A stretch of DNA of 64,000 nt from Minisyncoccota bacterium (GCA_035528175.1 DATKZC010000025.1:431-64430); one strand, 5' to 3'; positions 27,756 to 38,671 are shown, counted from the first letter of the stretch. The notes: generated by a model from the letters alone, not told the origin. Numbers and translations are program-made.

Positions 27756-30255
27756 ATTTCCCATGACACTTCTTATATTTCTTACCTGAACCGCACGGAC
27801 AGGGATCGTTGCGGCCAATATGTTTTGTTTGTTGGCTACCTTGCTGGCGTTGCGGGCGGGTTAATTCTACTTTCAACAACATCTCAACAATCGCATTATC
27901 AATTTCTTCCAGCATGTGCTTGAATAAACGATGACCTTCGTTTTTATATTCAACCAATGGGTCGCGCTGTCCATAGGCGCGCAAACGCACGCTCTCGCGT
28001 AAACATTCCATTGTTTCCAAGTGTTCCATCCAAAGCATATCAATTGAACGTAATGATACAAATTTTTCCAATCCCGCTCTCTCATTTTCAGGAACATCCC
28101 CGCCCAAACCTTCGGATTGTGGCGGGCCTGCCTGTTTGCGCTCCGCGCTTACGGCGGATTTCTCAAATTTATTACAATATTGCTTATACTCGTCTTCTGT
28201 CATTAATTCCTTAATTTTTTGATGCATCTCTTTATCTGTTGCTTCGAATAAAATTTCTTTTCTCATTTTATAAATCGTTTCCCTGTGCTTATTCATCACC
28301 TCGTCATATTCCAAAACATGATTCCTAATATCAAAATTATATCCTTCAATTTTTGCCTGCGCTTTTTCAATCGCCGATGAAATCATTTTATTTTCAATCG
28401 GCTGATCCTCGGGAATTTTTAAAGCATCCATCAGGGTTTTAATCCTCTCTGAACCGAATCTCTGCATCAATTCATCTTCCAATGAAACAAAAAATTCGGT
28501 AGAACCAGGATCGCCTTGCCTACCGGATCTTCCTCTTAATTGATTGTCAATTCTTCTTGCTTCATGGCGTTCAGTACCAAGAACATGAAGCCCTCCGGAT
28601 TCACAAACTCTTCGACTCTGTTCGGGGTCTTGGGGATTACCTCCCAAAACAATATCAACTCCACGACCTGCCATGTTGGTTGCAACCGTCACGGCTCCTA
28701 ATCTTCCTGCCTGGGCAATAATCGCGCCTTCCCCCTCGTGCTGTTTAGCATTTAAAATTTCGCATTGTATTCCCTCTATTTTTAAGAGCATTCCCAAGTA
28801 CTCGTTTTTTTCAATAGAAATCGTGCCTATCAAAACTGGCTGGCCTTTTTTATGGCGTTCTTTTATTTCCTGAACAATCGCTTTAAATTTCCCCTGCTCG
28901 GTTTTGTAAATCTTGTCTGGCAAATCTTTCCTAATCATCGGCTTATTAGTCGGCACAACTATAGTGTCCAACTTATAAACCTTATCAAACTCTTCAGCAT
29001 TGGTTAATGCAGTTCCTGTCATTCCAGCTAATTTGTTATACATCCTAAAAAGATTCTGGAAAGTAATTGTTGCCAAAGTTTTCGATTCCTTCTGCACTTG
29101 TACATTTTCTTTTGCTTCCAATGCCTGATGCAACCCGCCGGAATAACGCCTGCCAGGCATCAGCCTGCCGGTGAATTCATCAACAATAATTACTTCCCCA
29201 TTTTTAACTACATAATCTTTATCTCTTTTGAATAAAACTTCTGCGCGTAAAGCTTGCTCCAAATGATGCACTAATTGGATTCCGGCTTCATCATAAATAT
29301 TCCCAACTCCCAAAACTTTTTCCACTTTATCCATACCCTCATTAGTTAAAGTAGCTGCGCGCATTTTTTCATCAATTTTAAAATCAATATCCCTTTTTAA
29401 TTGCGAAGCGATTTTGGAAAATTTCTTGTAAAGCTGGGCTGATTCCACATCCGGAGCGGAAATAATCAAAGGAGTTCTGGCTTCATCTATTAGAATACTA
29501 TCTACTTCATCAACAATTGCATAATTAAAAACTCTTTGCGCCATATTATCCTTATCATAAGCCATATTGTCCCGCAAATAATCAAATCCGAATTCATTAT
29601 TTGTTCCATATAAAATATCACAATTATAAGATTCTTTTCTCGAGATCGGTTTTAAAAAATCATCAATTACCTTAAATCCGCCCAATTTATCACGTTCCTC
29701 GTCTAATTTTAATTCCGGCTTGCCCGCCGAAGCCTTGGCAAAGGCGGGATCGTAAATATAAGAAGTTTCATGGTTTATACATCCAACGCTCAATCCAAGA
29801 AAATTATATATTTGCCCCATCCACACTGCATCTCTCCTTGCCAAATAATCATTAACTGTGATTAAATGCGCTCCTTTGCCTTCCAAGGCGTTTAAATATA
29901 ATGGCAGGGTTGCAGACAAGGTTTTGCCTTCTCCTGTTTTCATTTCAGCAATCATTCCTTGGTGTAAAATTATTCCGCCCATAAGCTGAACATCAAAATG
30001 CCTTTGATTTAATGTTCTCTTGGCTGCTTCTCTAATTAAGGCAAATGCTTCTGGCAAAATATCATCCAAGGTCTCTGACCTTGCCCCGAGCGCAGTCGAG
30101 GGGTTTAATCTATTCTTAAATTCAGAAGTTTTTTGTTTTAATTCCTCATTTGAAATAAGCTCGAATTGAGATTCAAGCTTATTTATTTCATCAACAATCA
30201 ACTGGATTTTATTCAAATACCTTTTATTCGGGTCTCCGAATAATTTCTCAAACAT
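27754..30255 (-). CDS. secA: Preprotein translocase ATPase SecA
   Basis: [50 protein letters not shown] motif [12 protein letters not shown]. Confidence 0.98.
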   Translation of the reverse strand: MFEKLFGDPNKRYLNKIQLIVDEINKLESQFELISNEELKQKTSEFKNRLNPSTALGARSETLDDILPEAFALIREAAKRTLNQRHFDVQLMGGIILHQGMIAEMKTGEGKTLSATLPLYLNALEGKGAHLITVNDYLARRDAVWMGQIYNFLGLSVGCINHETSYIYDPAFAKASAGKPELKLDEERDKLGGFKVIDDFLKPISRKESYNCDILYGTNNEFGFDYLRDNMAYDKDNMAQRVFNYAIVDEVDSILIDEARTPLIISAPDVESAQLYKKFSKIASQLKRDIDFKIDEKMRAATLTNEGMDKVEKVLGVGNIYDEAGIQLVHHLEQALRAEVLFKRDKDYVVKNGEVIIVDEFTGRLMPGRRYSGGLHQALEAKENVQVQKESKTLATITFQNLFRMYNKLAGMTGTALTNAEEFDKVYKLDTIVVPTNKPMIRKDLPDKIYKTEQGKFKAIVQEIKERHKKGQPVLIGTISIEKNEYLGMLLKIEGIQCEILNAKQHEGEGAIIAQAGRLGAVTVATNMAGRGVDIVLGGNPQDPEQSRRVCESGGLHVLGTERHEARRIDNQLRGRSGRQGDPGSTEFFVSLEDELMQRFGSERIKTLMDALKIPEDQPIENKMISSAIEKAQAKIEGYNFDIRNHVLEYDEVMNKHRETIYKMRKEILFEATDKEMHQKIKELMTEDEYKQYCNKFEKSAVSAERKQAGPPQSEGLGGDVPENERAGLEKFVSLRSIDMLWMEHLETMECLRESVRLRAYGQRDPLVEYKNEGHRLFKHMLEEIDNAIVEMLLKVELTRPQRQQGSQQTKHIGRNDPCPCGSGKKYKKCHGK
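28099..28158 (-). repeat. Two adjacent GC-rich hairpins in-frame in secA
   Basis: Coding strand TCCGCCGTAAGCGCGGAGCGCAAACAGGCAGG + CCCGCCACAATCCGAAGGTTTGGGCGGG, encoding [20 protein letters not shown]. Confidence 0.75.
29719..29748 (-). repeat. REP-like palindrome, family A, in-frame in secA
   Basis: Coding strand CCCGCCTTTGCCAAGGCTTCGGCGGGCAAG, encoding [10 protein letters not shown]. Confidence 0.9.
30080..30103 (-). repeat. REP-like palindrome, family B, in-frame in secA
   Basis: Coding strand CCCCTCGACTGCGCTCGGGGCAAG, encoding PSTALGAR. Confidence 0.88.
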
Positions 30256-30256
30256 T

Positions 30257-32044
30257 TTATAATGTCGTTTTATCTTCTCCTTTTGGATACCAGTCCAATT
30301 CTGATTTGTTAATTATAAATATTGATTCCGGTTTTCCGCCTTGAGATAGAAAGTTCTCGCCGGTTATGTTTAACCAACTTAAAATTCCTGTATCCTCGCC
30401 GGATATTTCCAGTTTATAAACTTTGTCTTCGCTTACGTACCTATAATAATTAGATGTCTTGAACGCGTCTCTTACTTCCGGACTAACGGTTTTAACTGCT
30501 TTCCATCCGCCAGTCAAATGGCCGTACATATTAAAGATAGCAGGATTAAGAAATAATCTTTTGTAGCCATATTGGCTAATGATGAAAATATCAAAATCAC
30601 CAACTGCCCTGATTAAATCTCCTTCTTTTAATCCAAAATCTTCTGGCTTGGGCAATTCTTCTCCAGGTGGCTCAACCGGCTCATCAAAAAGATCCGTAAA
30701 TGCGGAAAGAATAAAAGGATTTGTCGGTTCATTGTTTTGAAAATCGCTTTTCTTAAATTGATTAGAGATAGCAATCGTAACTGAATCAACTCTTGTTTTG
30801 AAATCAGGTATTTTCAGGATTCCGCTTTGATTTTCTAAGGTTAATTTTCCAACCACTGTCTGCTGATCTATATAATCAACAATATAATAAACATTAAAAT
30901 CACCCTGTCCCATAAAACCTTCAAACTCAATTTCCAAATCTTTAGCAATAGTGCTTGCATCCTGTTTATTAACAAAACGATACCAATATGGCGACCAATC
31001 TTTTACCTGCTGCGCAATATTAATTACGTTTGCTGATACGATGCTGTAAGTAATTGGTGAAATCTGGACATTTCCTTTCAAATACGGATTTTTGTAGCCG
31101 TATATGCCGCTATAAATTGATTTGTCATTCAGATAATTAGCAATTGCCCAATTATTAAATATCTGAGAAAAAGTAGAACTATATCCTTTTTCTCTTAACG
31201 CCTGTTCAATGCTGTAGATTCCAACTTTATTGTTTTTTATCATTAAAGAAAAAATATCTTCTCCGAACTGCTCAGCCAGATAATGGCCCAAAAGATTCAC
31301 TGATGGATAATCATACCTGTCGCCTTTCCACTCGGTCAGAGAATCTGATGGTTGAAAAAGAAAATCTTCAACGCGCCTTTCTAAGTTGCTTCCTACGTAA
31401 TCGCTATCCAATCCAGCTACTGTTGAAGCGTATTCACTCCTTAATTCATTAAGCCAAATATCTTCTTGGACATTATTAAGTCTTTGTTTTTGATTCCAAT
31501 TAATCATATGCTGCAATTCATGAGCAATCAAACCGTGAACTAAACTAGTGCCAACCTGGCTGACATTAATATAAATCATTTCTCTGTTATTGGAAGTGGG
31601 TTCCTGTAAGCTGGCGACTTCATCTCTTTCATTAAAATATCCTCCTGCTGTCTTTTTTAACTGTGTGAGGAGAATTGTAATTCTTTCATCGTTATCAATT
31701 CCAGGATTCCATTCCGAGCCAAAAATATATCTCAAAGAAGGATATGTTTTCTCATTAAATTGGACAGCAATGTCATCTAGTCCATCAAGAAAAGAACCTT
31801 GCTGGACCAAAGACAATTCTTGCCAAAATGGATCTTCAACATAAAAATAAGCATTAGCAGAAACCTTTTGCAAGGTAGCTGCTATTTTTGTTCTTGTTTC
31901 ATAATCAAAAGATGAATCAACAAAAAATTCACTGCTATCGCCGACTTCAAAAACAGCAAAAACAGAACAACTGCAAATAATAAAAATCCCGCCTGAAACC
32001 AGCAGGATTGATAAAAATTTATTTTTTCTTAAAAGGGAAATCAT
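30257..32044 (-). CDS. Secreted zinc metallopeptidase (M30/M6-like) with a C-terminal surface domain
   Basis: Start reassigned to MISLLRK (ATG 32044), which precedes a signal/TM helix; AHELQHMI (HExxH) and WLNE..SE. Confidence 0.78.
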   Translation of the reverse strand: MISLLRKNKFLSILLVSGGIFIICSCSVFAVFEVGDSSEFFVDSSFDYETRTKIAATLQKVSANAYFYVEDPFWQELSLVQQGSFLDGLDDIAVQFNEKTYPSLRYIFGSEWNPGIDNDERITILLTQLKKTAGGYFNERDEVASLQEPTSNNREMIYINVSQVGTSLVHGLIAHELQHMINWNQKQRLNNVQEDIWLNELRSEYASTVAGLDSDYVGSNLERRVEDFLFQPSDSLTEWKGDRYDYPSVNLLGHYLAEQFGEDIFSLMIKNNKVGIYSIEQALREKGYSSTFSQIFNNWAIANYLNDKSIYSGIYGYKNPYLKGNVQISPITYSIVSANVINIAQQVKDWSPYWYRFVNKQDASTIAKDLEIEFEGFMGQGDFNVYYIVDYIDQQTVVGKLTLENQSGILKIPDFKTRVDSVTIAISNQFKKSDFQNNEPTNPFILSAFTDLFDEPVEPPGEELPKPEDFGLKEGDLIRAVGDFDIFIISQYGYKRLFLNPAIFNMYGHLTGGWKAVKTVSPEVRDAFKTSNYYRYVSEDKVYKLEISGEDTGILSWLNITGENFLSQGGKPESIFIINKSELDWYPKGEDKTTL

Positions 32045-32051
32045 AAAAATT

Positions 32052-32142
32052 TTGCGTTGCCAAAGGAGCCGGGAAAGTAAAACCCCAATACTTGGTATTA
32101 AATGGGTACTAGTTCCCGGACTCCTCAAGCAACACAATCTAT
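32052..32142 (-). ncRNA. Long imperfect hairpin RNA (5' leader of the peptidase gene or an sRNA)
   Basis: Pairings TTGTGTTGC/GCAACGCAA, GAGGAG/CTCCTT, CCGGGAA/TTCCCGG, AATAC/GTATT; preceded by TTGACA-18-TATACT (32149-32178). Confidence 0.6.
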
Positions 32143-32179
32143 AGTTTAAGTATAGCTGATACGAATAATGTGTGTCAAA

Positions 32180-32203
32180 CCCCTCGACTTCGCTCGGGGT
32201 AAA
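32180..32203. repeat. REP-like palindrome, family B (intergenic)
   Basis: CCCCTCGACTTCGCTCGGGGTAAA; its 20-bp core differs by 1 nt from the secA copy at 30080. Confidence 0.88.
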
Positions 32204-32280
32204 AAGAAAAACGTCGACTAAAAGCCAGACGTTTTTCCCCAAGTATAGAGTTTTCCCTTGCGGGATCACCCATTCAACTG
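32201..32280 (-). ncRNA. Candidate ~80-nt small RNA
   Basis: Promoter TTGACA-17-TAGTAT (32286-32314), TCCC-GCAA-GGGA GNRA hairpin, terminator GAAAAACGTC..GACGTTTTTC followed by T5. Confidence 0.65.
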
Positions 32281-32317
32281 TTTATATACTAGCAGGTAAA
32301 AAATTCGTTGTCAAGCA

Positions 32318-33046
32318 CTAGTAAGAAAATTCGGCGTCTATGATAATATCCTTGTCAAATTCCTGACATCCAAGAGCGAAAATTTTAAACATTGGAGAGA
32401 TATCGGCTCCGTCTAAAAATTCCAGAGATTTGTTTTCGCTGAGTTTCAGTTCAATCAAAACCTCAAATTCCAAAAATGTTTCTCTGTCATAAGGATAAAT
32501 ATCACCCAAAGGATAATCAGAGAGTTCTATGAGCATATATTCTGTACCACCTAATTTTATTTCCTGCTCATAACCGTTCACCACTAAAGTCATTTTAGAG
32601 ACATATGATTTTTCCAAAGCATAAACCTTGTCTTCTCTGATGCTTAATTTATCGCTAAAAAAATATAACCAAAGTTTACGGATATCTAAAATTGTATTAA
32701 CGGGATTTTTAATTTTGTATTTACCTAAACTAATAGTATTAGATTCGCCATTTTTAGATATTGCCCAAATTTTATCTGGTTCTTTTGTTGTTGTCGGCTC
32801 AATGGTTGCCGGGCTTGCGCAGCCATATTTGGAGAAATCCGTAATTACTTCAGAGCGCCTAAGATTATCTTTAAGAGAAATTGGTTTTGGCTTATATTCT
32901 TCCGAAGTTGAATTATTTGGTGGATTTGGGTCGTCTCCTGGTTTCTGATAATCAAGATAGATGAAAATTACTGCAACAACTACAGCTAAAATAACGGGCG
33001 CAATTATAGCCCAGTTGATTTTTTTGCTTTTATTTGTATCTTCCAT
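32318..33046 (-). CDS. Membrane-anchored hypothetical protein
   Basis: N-terminal TM helix and Pro-rich linker. Confidence 0.7.
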   Translation of the reverse strand: MEDTNKSKKINWAIIAPVILAVVVAVIFIYLDYQKPGDDPNPPNNSTSEEYKPKPISLKDNLRRSEVITDFSKYGCASPATIEPTTTKEPDKIWAISKNGESNTISLGKYKIKNPVNTILDIRKLWLYFFSDKLSIREDKVYALEKSYVSKMTLVVNGYEQEIKLGGTEYMLIELSDYPLGDIYPYDRETFLEFEVLIELKLSENKSLEFLDGADISPMFKIFALGCQEFDKDIIIDAEFSY

Positions 33047-33059
33047 GTTTTATATTTAA

Positions 33060-33626
33060 TTACTTAATCTGAAAATTTCCCGCAATCTGATGAAACAAAT
33101 TTTTGTATTCATCCCAACTTTCTTTAAGCGTATTGAATGAGATTATCCAGACATCCTTATCCTTAATGTTTACAGCCAATAAAACTTTAAAGTCAATATC
33201 CTGCTGAATAATGTCTGCCTCCATAAAATAAATTGGTTCGCCATCCATATTTTTGTCTTCTTCCTTTGATATTTTTACTTCTGGAAAATTTCCCTTTAAA
33301 GAAGTTTCTATTTTCTCCAGATAGTCATTATCGGTTTTTTCATTAAAAGTATCGTAAACAACAGAGTAATAACTCCTAAAACCTATTTTCGCAGCATCTG
33401 CATTATTAATCTGTTCCTTGTTATTCATCGCTGTTGCAAAAGAACCCATCACAGCTTCTACTTCAACCCACCCCCCTGGTAATTGAATAACAAAACCATC
33501 TTTATTTATTTCGGTTTGTGCGTTTTGCTCTGGCGACGTCTTTTTAAAAATAAAAAAATAAGCCAGAACCAACCCTGCCAATATGATAAATAATATCCCT
33601 AGAATAATTAATGTTTTTTTATTCAT
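33060..33626 (-). CDS. Membrane-anchored PsbP/DcrB-like protein
   Basis: TM helix, GF.IQLPGGW, C-terminal W..Y...F..I...F.IK pattern. Confidence 0.6.
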   Translation of the reverse strand: MNKKTLIILGILFIILAGLVLAYFFIFKKTSPEQNAQTEINKDGFVIQLPGGWVEVEAVMGSFATAMNNKEQINNADAAKIGFRSYYSVVYDTFNEKTDNDYLEKIETSLKGNFPEVKISKEEDKNMDGEPIYFMEADIIQQDIDFKVLLAVNIKDKDVWIISFNTLKESWDEYKNLFHQIAGNFQIK

Positions 33627-33638
33627 CTGTTTATTATT

Positions 33639-35876
33639 TTAACGCGGTAATAAATTAATAAATTTTTCAGCGTCTGATTTAAAATTCGGATCAATTTCAG
33701 CTGATTTTAACGCTTCTTCTCTGGCATTTTCATAATCTCCAATTTTAGCATACGCAGCTGCCAAAGAAGCATGCATCTGGGCGTTGTTCGGTTGTTTTAA
33801 TATTGCCAATTTGTAAACTTCTACAATTTTACTATAATTCCCGATTTTATCATAAATATAAACTAAACGCATCAAATCATTTATACTGCTTTTGTAATTG
33901 TATCCCATTACTATCGCCTTTTCAACAAGTTGAGCGGCTTCCTGGTAATGGCTTAAATCGTAACGGCCATTTTCATAAGCAGCCATACCCAAAAACCAGT
34001 AAGAGATGGCTACCTGTGGATTAATGTTTAATGCTTCCTTGAAACTATCATAAGCTTCTTTATATTTATCGAGTGATAATTGCGCTTGTCCAAGTTCATA
34101 CCATATTCTTGGATTCTTTCTATTTAAATCCAGGGCTTTGCCGATGAATTCTTCTGCTAATTTACCAGCCGTATCCGCCTCCTCATCAATTAAAAGAATA
34201 TACATTCTTCCAACATAAAGATAAGGCGTTGTATCTAAAGGGAATTTTTCGATGTTCTTCTTCATTTGTTCAATTGTATAATGCGCCAAATTTACATCAA
34301 TGGTTTTATCCTTCTGTCTTTGTGCTTCAATAACCTGTATAGTAAAAACGGCAAGTTTATGCCTGATATCATAATTTACTTGAGGGCTGTCATAATCAAT
34401 CGCTTTTTTGTAATACTGGAAAGCTTCATTCGCCTCTCCTTTTTGGCCAGCTACAATTGCTCTAGTGCAAGCATAATTGGCTTTTGCCGGTTTTATTCCA
34501 GTTTGGAATATTAATACTATGGCAATAATTAACAGAATTGTAGTCAGAAAAATAGAAGGATCTTTTGTCACTGGAACATCTTCTTCTTGCTCCGGCAAAT
34601 ATGGGCGGTTGATATATCCCAATATTAAAAAGAATAAAAAATAATTAGCAAATGTGTCAAAGATAAACAGATTCTGTCCAATATAGGCAATAAGCATTGC
34701 TATAATTATGCCAAAATCAGAATTCTCGATTTGCTTTTGCTTAAATTTTTTAATCAGAATATAAAAGATGCTGAAAAAAATGAAAATATAACTTAAAAGA
34801 CCAACTATGCCCATAGTTGAAAGCATTTCCAAAATTATATTATGGGCCCTGTCCCAGATTGTTTCAGAACCCAAGCCGGTAAAATGACGAGAGTCAAAAT
34901 ATTTCATATGCAGAAAAGTAAAATTCTCTGGACCCCATCCCAAAATCGGCTTTTCCTTCCAGCCATTGATTGCGCTTTCCCATGACCATAATCTAGTTTG
35001 GATAGTTTCACTCTTTAAAGAAATATCAGTAATCCTTTGTAATAGATCATTGTTTTGAACCCAATCTTTATTCCTCTCTAACCAGATAATGGTACTGAAA
35101 ATTACGAAAACAATAATTGCTACCAATAAAAAGATTTTTATTTTTCGATTTTTCTGAGAAAAGATGAAAAACAATGCCAAAAGCACAAGGCTGCCGAAAA
35201 GGCTTATAATCGCACCCCTCACCCCTGTCATCAATAAAACCGGGATACCCAAAATAAGCACGGCAGCGAAAAATCCTTTCTGCCATGAAGGAGTTGTCTT
35301 TCTTGATAAGAATAAAATCGCCAAATACAAAATAAATAAAAGATAACCCGCAAAAAGAGCAGGATTGCCGATCGTGCCAATTACTCTGTTACCATGCTGC
35401 CAGCCAACGAAAAAATTGCCCAATTTCAGACGCTGACCGTAAGCAAAAAGAATAGAAAGAAACCCGACCAAAACCGAGACTTTAAGAACTTTATTCCAGT
35501 CAACCTCTTTTTTAATAACACTAATCAAAATTATAAAGTAGACCCAATAATGCAGAAAACTGAAAATTCCCCCCATTCTCTCAATCGTCCCCCAAAAACT
35601 GGAATAAAAATTATTTCCTACTAAGCCACTGAAAAAATACAAAAATGTAAAAATAGAAACACTGGTTAAAACCAGTGTCCATTTTGGCCGATATTTTTTA
35701 TCGGTAATAATCAACGAAATATAAAAAACCGCCATTATTTCTACCAATGCCCGAAATATAACCACTTTGCCAAAATGAAACGGCGATAAATATTGGGAAA
35801 AAATCACTAATGGTAAAAACAAGGAAATAAAAATTCCCCAGCGGAGTATTTTTACAAAAGCTTCAGAAATAACCAT
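33639..35876 (-). CDS. O-antigen ligase (Wzy_C) family protein with C-terminal TPR repeats
   Basis: GTIGNP..FAGY, TR...W, PILGWGPENF, DRAHN; TPR helices. Confidence 0.88.
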   Translation of the reverse strand: MVISEAFVKILRWGIFISLFLPLVIFSQYLSPFHFGKVVIFRALVEIMAVFYISLIITDKKYRPKWTLVLTSVSIFTFLYFFSGLVGNNFYSSFWGTIERMGGIFSFLHYWVYFIILISVIKKEVDWNKVLKVSVLVGFLSILFAYGQRLKLGNFFVGWQHGNRVIGTIGNPALFAGYLLFILYLAILFLSRKTTPSWQKGFFAAVLILGIPVLLMTGVRGAIISLFGSLVLLALFFIFSQKNRKIKIFLLVAIIVFVIFSTIIWLERNKDWVQNNDLLQRITDISLKSETIQTRLWSWESAINGWKEKPILGWGPENFTFLHMKYFDSRHFTGLGSETIWDRAHNIILEMLSTMGIVGLLSYIFIFFSIFYILIKKFKQKQIENSDFGIIIAMLIAYIGQNLFIFDTFANYFLFFLILGYINRPYLPEQEEDVPVTKDPSIFLTTILLIIAIVLIFQTGIKPAKANYACTRAIVAGQKGEANEAFQYYKKAIDYDSPQVNYDIRHKLAVFTIQVIEAQRQKDKTIDVNLAHYTIEQMKKNIEKFPLDTTPYLYVGRMYILLIDEEADTAGKLAEEFIGKALDLNRKNPRIWYELGQAQLSLDKYKEAYDSFKEALNINPQVAISYWFLGMAAYENGRYDLSHYQEAAQLVEKAIVMGYNYKSSINDLMRLVYIYDKIGNYSKIVEVYKLAILKQPNNAQMHASLAAAYAKIGDYENAREEALKSAEIDPNFKSDAEKFINLLPR

Positions 35877-35885
35877 AATACAATA

Positions 35886-35947
35886 ATTATATGTTTACAT
35901 AAATTTCATGTCAAACTATTGTCAAAAAAAATAAATTGAGATAGAAT
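35886..35947. promoter_or_regulatory. Back-to-back divergent sigma70 promoters
   Basis: Minus strand perfect TTGACA-17-TATAAT (35914-35886); plus strand TTGTCA-17-TAGAAT (35919-35947). Confidence 0.8.
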
Positions 35948-35956
35948 AAAACCAAT

Positions 35957-37327
35957 ATGAAAACGAAAAAATTAGTCCTTCTTGTCGGGGATTTGATTAT
36001 TTTGTACGTTTCTTTGGCCATTGCTCTTGTAGTCCGCTATAAAGAGCTTAATTTGAATACTTTCCAGGCCCACTTTATCCCTTTTTCGATTATCTATTTA
36101 TTCTGGATAATTGTTTTTTATATTCACAACCTTTACGAATTGGATATTGCCAAAAATAATATTGCTTTTTCTTCGGCCCTGATAAGAGCGTTAATTATTG
36201 GTGGATTAATTTCAATCGCATTTTTCTACATCATACCGGGATTTATCGTGTCTTCAATTACGCCAAAAACGAATTTGGCTTTGAATATTGTATTCTTTAT
36301 AATCCTGTTTTACGGCTGGAGATATTTGTTTAATTTATTGGCCGGATCTTTAAAGCTGAAAACCAATATAGCAATCATCGGATACAATCCCCAGGCCATA
36401 GAACTGGCAAAAGAGATAATCAAGAATCCCCAACTGGGATATAAACTAAAACTGATTATCATAGACCACGAGCAAGTCGACCGAACCGAGTTGCCGGAGA
36501 TAAAAATAACGCAGGGATTTAAAAACCTGAGGGAAACCCTGCAACAGGAAAAGATAAGCATGGCTATTGTCACACCGGAAGTTTACAGATACCAGGATTT
36601 AATCCAAAATCTTTTTGAATGCATTAAATATAAAATCGATTTTGTGAATCTGCCAGAATTCTACGAAGATATAACAAAAAAAATTCCATTGGCTGCCATA
36701 AACCAAGTATGGTTCTTGGAAAATATATCTCAAGGAAAAAAACAATCTTATGAAATCGCCAAAAGATTATTTGACTTTGTTTTTGGGATATTGCTTTTAA
36801 CTGTCAGTTTGCCGTTTTGGCCATTAATCGCTATTATTATCAAATTGGAATCACGAGGCAAAATATTCTACACACAAACAAGGGTCGGGCAAGGCGGTAG
36901 GCCATTCAAAATGGTGAAATTTCGCTCAATGGTAAAAGACGCGGAAAAAGACGGGCCAAAAATGACTTCGGAAAAAGATTCCCGAATTACCAAATTCGGA
37001 AACTTCTTAAGAAAATCGAGATTGGATGAAATGCCACAGCTTTGGATTATTATTAAAGGAGAAATGAGTTTTGTCGGACCACGGGCAGAAAGACCGGAAT
37101 TTCATCAAGAACTTAAAGCACATATCCCCTTCTACCAAGAAAGATACCTAATAAAGCCGGGTCTTTCCGGCTGGGCACAGATAAAATACGGCTATGGTTC
37201 ATCCGTTGCAGATAATTTTGAGAAAGTTCAATACGATTTGTATTATATTAAAAACAGATCATTTATCTTTGATTTGAGTATTATCCTTAAAACAATTAAT
37301 ATTATTCTCCGAGGTGGCGGACGATAA
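35957..37327 (+). CDS. Polyprenyl-phosphate initiating sugar transferase (WbaP/WcaJ family)
   Basis: TM domain, KRLFD, KFRSM, DEMPQL, GEMSFVGPRAERP, KPGLSGWAQ. Confidence 0.93.
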   Translation: MKTKKLVLLVGDLIILYVSLAIALVVRYKELNLNTFQAHFIPFSIIYLFWIIVFYIHNLYELDIAKNNIAFSSALIRALIIGGLISIAFFYIIPGFIVSSITPKTNLALNIVFFIILFYGWRYLFNLLAGSLKLKTNIAIIGYNPQAIELAKEIIKNPQLGYKLKLIIIDHEQVDRTELPEIKITQGFKNLRETLQQEKISMAIVTPEVYRYQDLIQNLFECIKYKIDFVNLPEFYEDITKKIPLAAINQVWFLENISQGKKQSYEIAKRLFDFVFGILLLTVSLPFWPLIAIIIKLESRGKIFYTQTRVGQGGRPFKMVKFRSMVKDAEKDGPKMTSEKDSRITKFGNFLRKSRLDEMPQLWIIIKGEMSFVGPRAERPEFHQELKAHIPFYQERYLIKPGLSGWAQIKYGYGSSVADNFEKVQYDLYYIKNRSFIFDLSIILKTINIILRGGGR

Positions 37328-37330
37328 AAT

Positions 37331-38668
37331 ATGAAAGACTTCCTATCTAAAACAGCCAATTTAAATCGATCAATTGTATCCGAAGATTTTGAAAAAACCC
37401 TTGATGTAATTAATCAAAGGATACCATTGATAATTCATAAATATCCGACGAGCACTGGGTGCTTCGGATGGGTACTTCCTAAAAAATGGATCATTCGCGA
37501 TGCTTATATTAAAAACGAAATGGGTGAAAAAATATTGGATTGGAAAAAACATCCATTGCACGTGACAATCGGCTCTCTGTCTGTTAAAAAAACATTATTA
37601 AAAAAAGAAGAATTGCTGAAAAAAATCTGCGTTGCCGAAGATTGTCCTGATTCAATCCCTTATCAATTTAAATTCTATGATTTGAATTGGGGATTTTGTA
37701 TGAGTAAAAATCAAAGAGATAAAATTCAAGGTAATTCTTTCGAAGTATTTATAGATTCGGAATATGTCGATGACAATCTCTTAGTGGGAGAATATATAAT
37801 AAAAGGCAAAAGTGAAAAATCCATAATCATAATGGCGCATATAGATCATCCGGCACAGGTCAATGATGGTCTAGCCGGAGCAGCCGTACTCATTAAACTT
37901 GCAGAACAATTAAAAGAAACCACTCCTGAATATACTTTAAGATTTCAATTTTTACCAGAGAGAATAGGTTCTATCGCCTATCTGCATCACAATTATAAAC
38001 AAATAGACAACATTCTCGGCGGAATCTTTTGCGACATGCCAGGAACGCCAAATCTATCAATGGCACTACAATATTCAAAATGGAAAGATTCCAGAATAGA
38101 TAGAGTGGCTAAATATGTCTTAAAAAATTCCGGCAATAAAACTATATTCGGAAATTGTTTTGAACATGTTGTCAATGACGATGGTTTCTATAATAGTCCC
38201 GGAGTAGATATCCCCTGCATTTCTCTTTCACGTTCCGAGGAACAAAAGGACGAAAACAACTGGAGGCATTTTCCATTTTATCATACGAGCGGCGACTCTC
38301 TTGAAAATTTCGATTTTGCGCAAGCTGAGGAATTCCTTTCTTTACTTTCGGAAATTATTTTTATCTTAAACGAAGATAGAAAAATAATAAGAAAGTATAT
38401 CGGCGTACCGCATCTCTCAAAATACAATTTATGGGTCGACAGAAAAATAAATCCCAAACTTTCCAATAGCATTGAAATCATGCTCTATGATTTCAATAAT
38501 AGAATTTCAATTTTTGACATCTGTGAAAAAAATGGTCTCAATTTTAAAGAAACGCTCGAATTTATTAAAAAATTGGAAAACGCCGGACTGATTAAACTGG
38601 AAGCGACAGATTCCATTTGGTTCAATCCTGAAAATCCATTCGAAAAACTGGCTAGCCGCGAAAAATAA
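37331..38668 (+). CDS. DUF4910 family aminopeptidase-like protein (glycan modification)
   Basis: NRSIV, W..P..W.I.DAYI, WGFC, HIDHP..ND..AG, PERIGS, YHTS.D; C-terminal wHTH. Confidence 0.8.
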   Translation: MKDFLSKTANLNRSIVSEDFEKTLDVINQRIPLIIHKYPTSTGCFGWVLPKKWIIRDAYIKNEMGEKILDWKKHPLHVTIGSLSVKKTLLKKEELLKKICVAEDCPDSIPYQFKFYDLNWGFCMSKNQRDKIQGNSFEVFIDSEYVDDNLLVGEYIIKGKSEKSIIIMAHIDHPAQVNDGLAGAAVLIKLAEQLKETTPEYTLRFQFLPERIGSIAYLHHNYKQIDNILGGIFCDMPGTPNLSMALQYSKWKDSRIDRVAKYVLKNSGNKTIFGNCFEHVVNDDGFYNSPGVDIPCISLSRSEEQKDENNWRHFPFYHTSGDSLENFDFAQAEEFLSLLSEIIFILNEDRKIIRKYIGVPHLSKYNLWVDRKINPKLSNSIEIMLYDFNNRISIFDICEKNGLNFKETLEFIKKLENAGLIKLEATDSIWFNPENPFEKLASREK

Positions 38669-38671
38669 ACT

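Noticed and set aside
32045-32269. N-terminal 75-aa extension of the peptidase ORF
   Set aside because: It spans a terminator, a REP copy, a promoter and a hairpin; the signal peptide begins after ATG 32044.
32052-32280. Possible RNase P, SRP, 6S or tmRNA gene
   Set aside because: No GAGGAAAGUCC (RNase P), no SRP domain IV motif and no tRNA-like ends; an internal terminator and second promoter split the region.
35892-35916. dif-like site (TGTTTACATAA...TCATGTCAAAC) at the strand switch
   Set aside because: The spacer is 3 nt rather than 6, and the sequence is explained by a consensus TTGACA-17-TATAAT promoter. A weak operator palindrome cannot be excluded.
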